Source of the DNA: Candidatus Eiseniibacteriota bacterium
GTDB taxonomy: Bacteria > Eisenbacteria > RBG-16-71-46
Assembly: GCA_031364845.1 (NCBI GenBank)
Contig: JANLWX010000026.1
Location: 1-23,234, forward strand
Direction: 5' to 3'
Length of the DNA: 23,234 bases
In this document: positions 15,849 through 23,234 of the stretch, one piece after another
Numbering within the stretch: position 1 is the stretch's first letter
How the letters are laid out: every line of letters begins with the position of its first letter
The notes under the pieces: generated by a model
Database searches by the model: none
The model's input: only the letters and a program-made list of their open reading frames with translations
Told to the model about the DNA's origin: nothing
Position numbers and translations under genes: made by a program

Positions 15849-18377
15849 TCACTCGATCCAGTACAGGTACCTGGACAGTTCACTCGGTGGCACGTTCGAG
15901 AGTATCGGCGTGGATGACGGCGGACCGGAGACTTTGCCTTGCTCCTTGCCCGCCAATTCACTCTGCTGAAGGACACTACGGATTCCGTTTCGCAGGGTCA
16001 ACAATTCATCTGAAAAGTCGTCCGCGCGATCGTGGGTGCCGTCAGGATCGAGGCCGACAAGCCTGCACGCCGCGGCATACCCACCGGCCTCCGCGACGGC
16101 GGGACCGAGCAGCGACATGGCAGAGGCGCCGTCACCGCGCGCCCAGCGCACGATTCCGCGGTTCAACGCGATCCCCGGGTCCCGCCGGCCCAGCGCCAAT
16201 GCGGCCTGCCAGTGTTCGTCGGCAATCGCTGCGCTGTCCATCCCGGCGAGCACGTCGCCGAGGTTGTTGTGCGCGCTCGCCGATTGCGGCGCCTTGGCAA
16301 GCGCTCCCCTGAGCCGGGAGCCTGCGCCTTCGAGGTTCCCGCCTTCGAACTCGATCCGTGCAACTTCCTCCAGCGCACCGGCGGTCGCCTCGAGCTCGCG
16401 CGCGCCGGCGCCAAAGCGGGCCGCGAAGTACTGCTCGCGGATCGCCGAGACTTCCTTCGCCTCGGCCTCGAGCCGCGCGCTGAAGCGCTCTTCGACGAGA
16501 CTGCGCACATTGCGCTCGCCGGGCGGTGTGGCGGGTTCGAAGTTCACCTGAGCCTGGGTGACATCGAAGTAGTGGACTTTGTTCGTCGCGGTTCCGGCCG
16601 CGATCGCGTCGGCGCCGTCACGCCACGCTTTGACGAACCCCTGGGCCAGCGACGTCGTCTCGAGCGGAATCCATACCCGCTCGTTGTCGATCACCATGAG
16701 TGTGCTGTCGACGCCGAGGGCGGCGCGGTTGCGCTCGTTGAGGCCCGTGTCGGCCAACAGGAGGATGTGGCCAGGAACATCCACGAACTGCGTGTTCACG
16801 CCGAGGTTCCCGAGCATCGACGCCATCAGCACGGTGGTGTCGTCGCAGTCACCGCTCAGCCGGTCGAGCGTCTGGTAGGGATAGTGGATCGTGTCCACTG
16901 CGTGCGGAGTCGCGGAGATGGTGGAGAAGGGATTGGTGGGGTCGGGAACGTATGCGACTCCCAGTTCCGCGAGGGCATCGGTGACCGCGGCGGCGAACGC
17001 CATGTTGCGAATGCCGAACGGGTTCTTGTCGAGCGCGAGCGCGAGCCGGCCGGCCTGGCGCGCGAGCGCGTCGACCGCGGGGTCTCGCGGGGTGACGAAG
17101 GCCGCCGCCTGCGTCATGCCCTCGCCCCAGTTGATCGCTCCGGGCCCGTAGGCGAATGTTCGCGCCGTTCCCTTCTCGCGGCGCACGAGCCGCTTGCTCT
17201 GATAGCTTGCGCTCACTTGCACCTGAACCGGACGGTCACCGCGCTGGCCGAGGACGGTCTCGTCCAGCACGGCCGTGAGCGGCATCTCGTTCACCGCTCC
17301 CGGACGCAGCGTCACCTCCTGCTCGCTGGGCGCGGTCATCAACTCCGGGATGAAGACGGAGACCCGCGTCGTCAGCGGCCTATCCTGTAAGTTTCGCAGC
17401 TGGACCTTGCCGAACGCGTCGCGCGCGTACGACTTGTAGAGCGACGTGTAGATCTCGTCGGCCTGCACCTTCTCGATCCGCACCTGGGCGGGGTTGAAGT
17501 TGAACTCCAGCGCGAAGGAGAAGTGATCGGTGGGGTCGAGTGTCGGTGGAACGCTGCGCGCCCAGTCGATACGCGCCAATCCCACCTTTAAGCCGAGACC
17601 CATCGACCAGGCGATGTCTTCACGTCCCTCCCGGTCACGCTCGGCGCCACCGCGGAGCGCGAGCAACGCGTGCGGCGTCACTTCGAGTCCGAGGTGCCAT
17701 CGGTCGTCGACGTCGAACGCCGCGGTGGCCAGTCCGGGCCGGGTGTATGCCGTCGCGAGGCGGAGGTTGCGCGAATAGGCGTTGTCGCCTTTCCCCTCGG
17801 AGGAGCGCACGTCGGTGCCGGTGACGTCCTGCCCGACGAGGCCGATCCGCCAGTGATCGGTGGGCGAAACGAGCAGGCCGGCGTCGAACCCAATGCCGCG
17901 GCCCGAGACGATGCTGAGGCCGTCGAGCCGGGTGCCGCGCGTCAGCAGTTTCGCGCCCGTGCCTGCCCAGAGCCACGGCCGCACCTTGAACGCCATGCCC
18001 ACGGTCGCGCGGTTCTCAGAGAAGCCGAGTTCATCGTCCTCGAAGCCCGAGTGATACCAGTCGGCGGCCATCGCGAAGCCGGGCGAGAGCGGCAGGACAA
18101 AGGCCGCGAGATCTTCGCGGATCCCCACTCCGAACAGGTTCGCGTGCGACGCCGTCAACTCCTGGTTTCCGACTCCCACGAGGCCGGCGGGATTCCAGAA
18201 CAAGGCACTTGCGTCGTCGGCGATCGCGCTGAACGCGCCGCCCATGGCGATCGCGCGCGGACCCACCGGCACCTGGTTGCTCGGCGTGCGCGCCAGCGCC
18301 TCACACGCCGGCGTGAAGGTCGCGCAAGCGGCCAGCAGCGCCGCGAGCCGAAGCCACCGCGCGTTCCAAGAGGTCAT
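15849..18377 (-). CDS. PorV/PorQ-like outer-membrane barrel fused to a transglutaminase-like cysteine domain and C-terminal TPR (842 aa)
   Basis: ATG 18377 overlaps the upstream stop (ATGA). Signal peptide; VGPRAIAMGGAFSAIADDASALFWNPAGL; beta-strands ending HFSFALEFNF; then YPYQTLDRLSGDCDDTTVLMASML...PGH...WIPLETT; TPR AHNNLGDVL. Confidence 0.85.
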   Translation of the reverse strand: MTSWNARWLRLAALLAACATFTPACEALARTPSNQVPVGPRAIAMGGAFSAIADDASALFWNPAGLVGVGNQELTASHANLFGVGIREDLAAFVLPLSPGFAMAADWYHSGFEDDELGFSENRATVGMAFKVRPWLWAGTGAKLLTRGTRLDGLSIVSGRGIGFDAGLLVSPTDHWRIGLVGQDVTGTDVRSSEGKGDNAYSRNLRLATAYTRPGLATAAFDVDDRWHLGLEVTPHALLALRGGAERDREGREDIAWSMGLGLKVGLARIDWARSVPPTLDPTDHFSFALEFNFNPAQVRIEKVQADEIYTSLYKSYARDAFGKVQLRNLQDRPLTTRVSVFIPELMTAPSEQEVTLRPGAVNEMPLTAVLDETVLGQRGDRPVQVQVSASYQSKRLVRREKGTARTFAYGPGAINWGEGMTQAAAFVTPRDPAVDALARQAGRLALALDKNPFGIRNMAFAAAVTDALAELGVAYVPDPTNPFSTISATPHAVDTIHYPYQTLDRLSGDCDDTTVLMASMLGNLGVNTQFVDVPGHILLLADTGLNERNRAALGVDSTLMVIDNERVWIPLETTSLAQGFVKAWRDGADAIAAGTATNKVHYFDVTQAQVNFEPATPPGERNVRSLVEERFSARLEAEAKEVSAIREQYFAARFGAGARELEATAGALEEVARIEFEGGNLEGAGSRLRGALAKAPQSASAHNNLGDVLAGMDSAAIADEHWQAALALGRRDPGIALNRGIVRWARGDGASAMSLLGPAVAEAGGYAAACRLVGLDPDGTHDRADDFSDELLTLRNGIRSVLQQSELAGKEQGKVSGPPSSTPILSNVPPSELSRYLYWIE

Positions 18378-21300
18378 CGCACCACCGCCAGCGCGCGCGT
18401 TTGCTTCTCTCCCAGCGCTTCGACGGTCACGAGGTACATTCCCGATCCGGCATCCTCCCGATCCTCCGTCTGACCGTCCCAGCTCACCACGTTGGTTCCG
18501 GGACCGAGCGACTGACCCGAGGTCACCACGCGCACCAGGCGGCCCGCGCGGTTGTGGATCGTCACCCTCACGTCGCCCGCGCGCGCCATCGTGAACGCGA
18601 TCCGAATGGGCGTGTTCGCGAACCCCGCGCGGGACGAAAGGACGCGCGGCGTGAGCGAGAGCTCGAGCGACGCGCCGGAACTCGGCGGGCTCAGCGAGGC
18701 GGCAAAGAGCGCGAACGATCCCGGCGCGGAGAACGAGATCGTGATCCGCGCACCGGTCGGGTCGAGGGTGCCGCCCACCCGGCGCCACGTACCGTCGGAT
18801 CCGGATGCGTAGAGCGCGAGGCGTGTGCCGGCAGGGGCCACGGCGCCGTCGACGGTGAGTTCGAGAACGGCGTCCTTCTCCATGGGGACGCCGCCGGTGC
18901 CGATGGCGAACCCCGGCGCCAACCGGGTGGCTCCATCGGGCAGCGTTGTGGGAACGGCCAGCTCGTCGAGTTGTTCGATCGTAACCGTCGCGTCGCGCTG
19001 CAGCGCGCGCGGGGGGATATAGACGTGGGCTTCGCGGTGGGTGGTGAATACGTCGCCGCCGCTCAGCGCCGAAATCAGCGCCGGAGAAGTTTGCGCGGCG
19101 ACCGGCGCCTCGTTGTCGACGACGAACGTGACCCGCGCGACCCCGGTGAGCCCCAGCGTGTCCTGCACCGCGAGGCGCAGCTCGTAGTCGCCATCCGGCA
19201 GAGTCCTGGTCGGGAAACTCGCGAGCGATCCGTCGGCGACGGGTGTGGTCGACCGTGAGAGCGGCGTCGCTTCGGGCGGATCCCACGAGGTCGCTCCGGC
19301 GGGCCGCAGGTCGACTCGGAACGATCGGAATCGCAGGGCTTCCGCCGTTCCCCTCACGATCAGCGTGTCGCGCACCGGCTGGCGGAACACCGGCGAAGTG
19401 ATGACCGGAGCCGGCGGTGTGGCGGCGATTTCGAACGTCGAGGACGCGGGCGTGGGATCGACGTGCTGCAAACGGTCGCGCGCGACGACGCGCAGCGTGT
19501 GCACACCGTCCCCGAGGTCGCGTCCGATCCAGGTGTCCTCGGTGCTCCACGGCGACCAGGGCGCCGAGTCCAGTGAGGTCGAGAATTCGATCCCGATCAC
19601 CTGGCGGTACGCGGCGAGGAATTGCACGGTCTGTAGCGTGTTCGCGGAAAGCAAGGGCGGTGCGCTCGAGATCACCGTCTGAGGTGGCACGCGCGCGGGC
19701 TCGTGGAGGACGGCTCCCGAAGCGGTTCCGAACCACAGACTGCCCGAGCGTTCGCACCACGCGGCGCTCACCGTTCCATCGGGCAGGCCATCCTGGGTCG
19801 TGTGGGTCAGCCACACGTGGGCACCGTCGAACCGGCTCACGCCGCTGCCGGCGGTGCCGATCCAGAGCACGCTGTCGGGCGTCTCGGCGATGCAGAGCAC
19901 CCAGTCGGCCGCAAGCCCGTTCTCGGTCCGGTAGGTCCGCCAGGTGGAGCCGTCGAAGCGGCTGAGCCCGCTCGTCGTGCCGAACCACATCACATTCGAA
20001 TGATCCTGGAACACCGCGTAGACATTGACCCCGGCGAGGCCGTCGGCCGTCGAGTAGCGCGTCCAGGCGCCGCCGTCGAGAACCGCGACTCCGCCGGTGG
20101 TGCCGCACCACACCCGCCCCGCGCGATCCACCCACAGCGATCGCACTCGATTCGCGGGAAGTCCGTTGCCGGTGTTGTAGGAGATCCAGGTCGCGCCGTC
20201 GTATCGACTGAGGCCCGATGTCGTGCCCAGCCACACGGCCCCGCTCGAATCGCGCGCAAGGGCGGTGACGTTGTTTCCGGCGAGGCCCTCGGACGACGTG
20301 AACGTGCGCCAGGCGTTTCCGTCGAAGCGCGATGCTCCGGCGTTGGTCGCGAACCACAGCGCGCCGTCCGCTTCCTCGAGCACGGCGTTGACCACATCGC
20401 TCGCGAGTCCCCCGCCGGTGGACTTGGTGGTGACGCTCGACCACGTCGCGCGGTCGTAGCGCGCCACGCCGGCGCCGGAGGTCGCCGCCCAGACGTTGCC
20501 GGCGCGATCCTCGATCACGGCCTGGGCTCCATACGTGCCGAGTCCGGCGTCGAGGTGCGGAGTCCAGCTCTCGCCGTCGTAGCGGCTCACCCCGTTGTCG
20601 GTCGCGATCCATCGATTCCCGGCGCGATCGATGATGAGTGAAGCGACTCGGTTTCCGGCGAGACCGTCCGCGGTGGTGTAGGCGCGCCAGGTCCGGCCGT
20701 CGTAGCGCGCCACGCCCGAGGTCGATCCGACCCACAGGATCCCCGATGCGTCTTCGGCCAGGGCCATCCCATCGACGAACGTCAACGATCCGGCAGTGGT
20801 GTGGCGGGTCCATGTCGTCCCGTCGAAGCGGGACAGCCCGCCCGCCCGGGTTCCGATCCACATCGCGCCATCTCGGGTCTGGAGGATGCTCTCGATCCAG
20901 TCGGCGGCGAGCCCCGATGAGGTGTTGACGGTCGTGTAGGTGGTCCAGGTCGCGCCGTCGAAACGGCTGACGCCTCCACCCTGCGTTCCGAACCAGAGGT
21001 TGCCGGCGCGGTCCTCGTGGATACACGTGAGCTGGTTTGCGGCGAGGCCGTCGGACTGCTGGAAGGTCGTCCAGGTCGTGCCGTCATAGCGGCTGACGCC
21101 GAAATCACCGGTCGCGAACCACAAGCGGCCGGCGCGATCCTCGAGCATGGCGCGCACGTCGCTCGAGACGAGGCCGTCGCTCACGCCGAATGACGTCCAC
21201 GTGCCGCGATCGTAGCGGCTCACGCCCTGGGCGGTGGCGAACCAGATGCGCCCGGTACGATCCGGCAGCACCGCCCGCACGTCGTCGCTCGCAAGGCCAT

Positions 21301-21598
21301 CGGCCTGGCCGAAGCTGCGGAAGAACGCTCCGTCGTAGCGGGTGACGCCGCGCTCGGAGGCGAACCACAGGTTCTCGTCGAGGTCCTGGGCGATCGCCGT
21401 CACGCGCAGCGCCGATAGACCGTCGATCAGGCCGAAGGTTTGCCAGTCGCACCACGCGGGCCGCGCGCCGAGCAGAGCGAGGAGGCACGCGCCGAGCGAA
21501 ACGACGCGTGCCGTGATCGAACGAAAGGGGCGCCCGGAGTGTAACGCGAGGCTCACGCCGCTCGGCGTGTGGCGCGTCGTGGTCCGGCCGTTGTTCAA
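18374..21598 (-). CDS. Secreted protein: 14 two-component-regulator propeller repeats, Y_Y_Y-like/Ig domains, C-terminal FlgD Ig-like (T9SS-CTD-like) domain
   Basis: Signal-like VVSLGACLLALLGARPAWC; GLxxxxVxxxxxDxxGxxWxGTxxGxSRxDG repeats; LGDGVHTLRVVARD; C-terminus VRVTIHNRAGRLVR...VSWDGQTE...GSGMYLVTV...ALAVVR. Start is uncertain (TTG 21598 with GAAGGG, or GTG 21556). Confidence 0.88.
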   Translation of the reverse strand: MNNGRTTTRHTPSGVSLALHSGRPFRSITARVVSLGACLLALLGARPAWCDWQTFGLIDGLSALRVTAIAQDLDENLWFASERGVTRYDGAFFRSFGQADGLASDDVRAVLPDRTGRIWFATAQGVSRYDRGTWTSFGVSDGLVSSDVRAMLEDRAGRLWFATGDFGVSRYDGTTWTTFQQSDGLAANQLTCIHEDRAGNLWFGTQGGGVSRFDGATWTTYTTVNTSSGLAADWIESILQTRDGAMWIGTRAGGLSRFDGTTWTRHTTAGSLTFVDGMALAEDASGILWVGSTSGVARYDGRTWRAYTTADGLAGNRVASLIIDRAGNRWIATDNGVSRYDGESWTPHLDAGLGTYGAQAVIEDRAGNVWAATSGAGVARYDRATWSSVTTKSTGGGLASDVVNAVLEEADGALWFATNAGASRFDGNAWRTFTSSEGLAGNNVTALARDSSGAVWLGTTSGLSRYDGATWISYNTGNGLPANRVRSLWVDRAGRVWCGTTGGVAVLDGGAWTRYSTADGLAGVNVYAVFQDHSNVMWFGTTSGLSRFDGSTWRTYRTENGLAADWVLCIAETPDSVLWIGTAGSGVSRFDGAHVWLTHTTQDGLPDGTVSAAWCERSGSLWFGTASGAVLHEPARVPPQTVISSAPPLLSANTLQTVQFLAAYRQVIGIEFSTSLDSAPWSPWSTEDTWIGRDLGDGVHTLRVVARDRLQHVDPTPASSTFEIAATPPAPVITSPVFRQPVRDTLIVRGTAEALRFRSFRVDLRPAGATSWDPPEATPLSRSTTPVADGSLASFPTRTLPDGDYELRLAVQDTLGLTGVARVTFVVDNEAPVAAQTSPALISALSGGDVFTTHREAHVYIPPRALQRDATVTIEQLDELAVPTTLPDGATRLAPGFAIGTGGVPMEKDAVLELTVDGAVAPAGTRLALYASGSDGTWRRVGGTLDPTGARITISFSAPGSFALFAASLSPPSSGASLELSLTPRVLSSRAGFANTPIRIAFTMARAGDVRVTIHNRAGRLVRVVTSGQSLGPGTNVVSWDGQTEDREDAGSGMYLVTVEALGEKQTRALAVVR
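19700..21425 (-). repeat. 14 degenerate intragenic coding repeats (Reg_prop blades, about 40-45 aa each)
   Basis: Counted in the translation from GLSALRVTAIAQD to GLPDGTVSAAWCERSGSLWFGT; boundaries approximate. Confidence 0.85.
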
Positions 21599-21623
21599 GT
21601 GACCCTTCGTACTGCGGCTCGCT

Positions 21624-23234
21624 TCAATCCACCAGCCTCGACGAGAAGATCTCCGTGGATCCGCCGACCGACGAGAACCAGACGATGACCGGAGTTCCGG
21701 TTCCATCGAGAATGATCTTCGCGCCGCGTGGTTCCCCGACCGTAGGCGAGGTGGCGCTCGTGACATCGACTGCCGGACCCCAGGTCGCGCCGCCATCTGC
21801 GGAGCGGGTGTAGTAGAGCGCGGTGCCGCACTCGCCGACCAGCGCGTGGATCTCGCCGCCGGGACTGACCGCGAAGCTCTTCGGGCAGAGCGAGCCGCGG
21901 GCGGCGGGTTCGGGAAGGTGACTGACCAGGTCGAAGGTCAGACCGTCGTTGGTCGATCTGAGGAACGCAACGCCGCCCGCTTCGTCGAGCCCCATCACGT
22001 AGAGGGTGCCGTCGGAGCCGATCTGCGCGTCACCGAGAGATGAGAGCTTCAACGTGCTCGTCAGCGGGTTCGACTCGTCGCGCACGCGGCGCGCCGGGCC
22101 GAACGTCGCGCCGGCGTCGGTGGAGCGGCGGTAGAGCACGCGATGGATCCCAGGACTGCCGGGCTCGTCGTACTGCCAGAACACGAAGACATGATCCCCG
22201 CTCGAGGCACAGATGCGCGCCATCGAGTTCTGGTCGGTTCCCCCGTTGGGCGCGATCGCGTAGGGCGCGCTGAAATCATCGCCTCCGGTGAGCGACCGCG
22301 AGTAGTAGATGCCCGCATCCGTCCGCTCCCAGGCCGCGTGGAAGTGCTCGCCGCTTCCGACCGTCAGGGCCGGGTAGCGCGTCGGGTTCCCGTCCACGGG
22401 CGTGATCAGAGGATCCATCTGGAATCCGCCGTCGGTCGACTGTCTGAAGAAGAGCTGTTCGACGCCCGCGCTGAGCATGCCGATCTTGTTCGAGGGCGTG
22501 ACCGCCAGCGCCGGCTGCGCGCTCTGCTGCGAGTTCGGGACGGCAACGGACCAGTTCTGCGTGTTGTCGAGCGAGAGGGAGTGCACCGACTCGTAGTGGA
22601 TGCGCCACCAGGCCATGAACAACTCGCCGTTGGTGCCGCGCACGATGTCCGGGTCACGGGATTGCGTCGCGGACTTGGAAACGTCGAGCGGCACGCTGAA
22701 CGTCGGAACCGGCCCGTAATCGAGAATGTCGTCATCGCTTCGAGGGAAGATCGCGAACGTTCCGCCGACCCGCCCCAGAACCCCGGTGACGGTCACGATC
22801 TCGCCGGCTGCGGCGCCGAAGGCGAAGTTCTCTGCCGCATTGGCGATCAGGATTTGATTCTGAGGTCCAGAGTTTGTCCGTGGGAGATTCGGGCTCGATT
22901 CTCCGACGTCGGTGCCGGGAATCTCGACGAAGAAGTTTTCACCCGGCGGCGCGTCATCGACGACGGCCACGCGGTCGACGGTCACCAGCATGCCCTCGTA
23001 GTCGTCCCCGGTGAGGAACCGCTGTCGATCATCGCACGTGTCGTCGGTCAGGATGCGGATCGACTGGAGCGCCGGCACGAACGACGGACCCGGCCCGAGG
23101 TCCCGGACGTAGACCAGGCCAGTCGCCCGCGTCTGGCCCGCAATGTCCCTCAAGGTTCCGGACAGCACATATGTGTGGCCGACGCTCAGACCGATTTCTG
23201 ACGGGCTCACCCACAAGCCTGCTCGCGGGTTCGA
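21624..23234 (-). CDS. Extracellular-type protein with OB-fold-like module and C-terminal BNR/Asp-box (sialidase-like) propeller; 5' partial
   Basis: Frame is open to the window edge. YEGMLVTV...GEIVTVTGVL...FAIFPRSDDDI resembles OB modules of extracellular nuclease-type proteins. Asp-boxes: STDGGFQM, SLTGGDDF, STDAGATF, STNDGLTF, SADGGATW. Confidence 0.8.
   Translation of the reverse strand, partial: SNPRAGLWVSPSEIGLSVGHTYVLSGTLRDIAGQTRATGLVYVRDLGPGPSFVPALQSIRILTDDTCDDRQRFLTGDDYEGMLVTVDRVAVVDDAPPGENFFVEIPGTDVGESSPNLPRTNSGPQNQILIANAAENFAFGAAAGEIVTVTGVLGRVGGTFAIFPRSDDDILDYGPVPTFSVPLDVSKSATQSRDPDIVRGTNGELFMAWWRIHYESVHSLSLDNTQNWSVAVPNSQQSAQPALAVTPSNKIGMLSAGVEQLFFRQSTDGGFQMDPLITPVDGNPTRYPALTVGSGEHFHAAWERTDAGIYYSRSLTGGDDFSAPYAIAPNGGTDQNSMARICASSGDHVFVFWQYDEPGSPGIHRVLYRRSTDAGATFGPARRVRDESNPLTSTLKLSSLGDAQIGSDGTLYVMGLDEAGGVAFLRSTNDGLTFDLVSHLPEPAARGSLCPKSFAVSPGGEIHALVGECGTALYYTRSADGGATWGPAVDVTSATSPTVGEPRGAKIILDGTGTPVIVWFSSVGGSTEIFSSRLVD

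Noticed and set aside
18378..21026. N-terminal 883 aa of the 1725-aa ORF in the track
   Set aside because: Arg/Gly-rich shadow frame overlapping the real propeller gene. The credible protein begins at ATG 18377 with a signal peptide and ATGA coupling.
19700..21425. Periodic DNA repeats as a CRISPR or other non-coding array
   Set aside because: They are degenerate, in-frame and fully explained by propeller blade coding.
7995..23201. Long plus-strand ORFs (e.g. 7995..9557, 14554..15969, 16032..17390, 22143..23201)
   Set aside because: Antisense shadows of well-supported minus-strand genes in high-GC DNA, with no recognisable motifs.

Overview
High-GC bacterial window. The gene content (Hanks kinases with TolB/PD40 or TPR tails, a FlgD-Ig C-terminal domain, a PorV/PorQ-like barrel) resembles FCB-related lineages such as Ca. 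Eisenbacteria; this is inference only. The left ~8 kb is an accessory patchwork. It holds the right end of an IS3 element inserted into a Cyc2-like monoheme cytochrome gene (with a putative sigma54 promoter and IHF site), a CIA30-family protein, and an overlapping PNPOx-like / PEP-utilizing (RPH-architecture) gene pair. It also holds a putative outer-membrane barrel, a VOC protein, a 5'-truncated duplicate of a kinase TPR tail, and an aldo/keto reductase. The right ~15 kb is a co-oriented minus-strand cluster: OB-fold/Asp-box protein, then a secreted 14-blade Reg_prop + Y_Y_Y + FlgD-Ig protein, a PorV/PorQ-like barrel fused to a transglutaminase-like Cys domain and TPR, a small secreted paralog of that TPR tail, a CHASE2-PP2C phosphatase, and two Ser/Thr kinases. 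This cluster is the best candidate for an undescribed trans-envelope secretion/signalling system. All calls come from motif recognition by eye; no searches were run.
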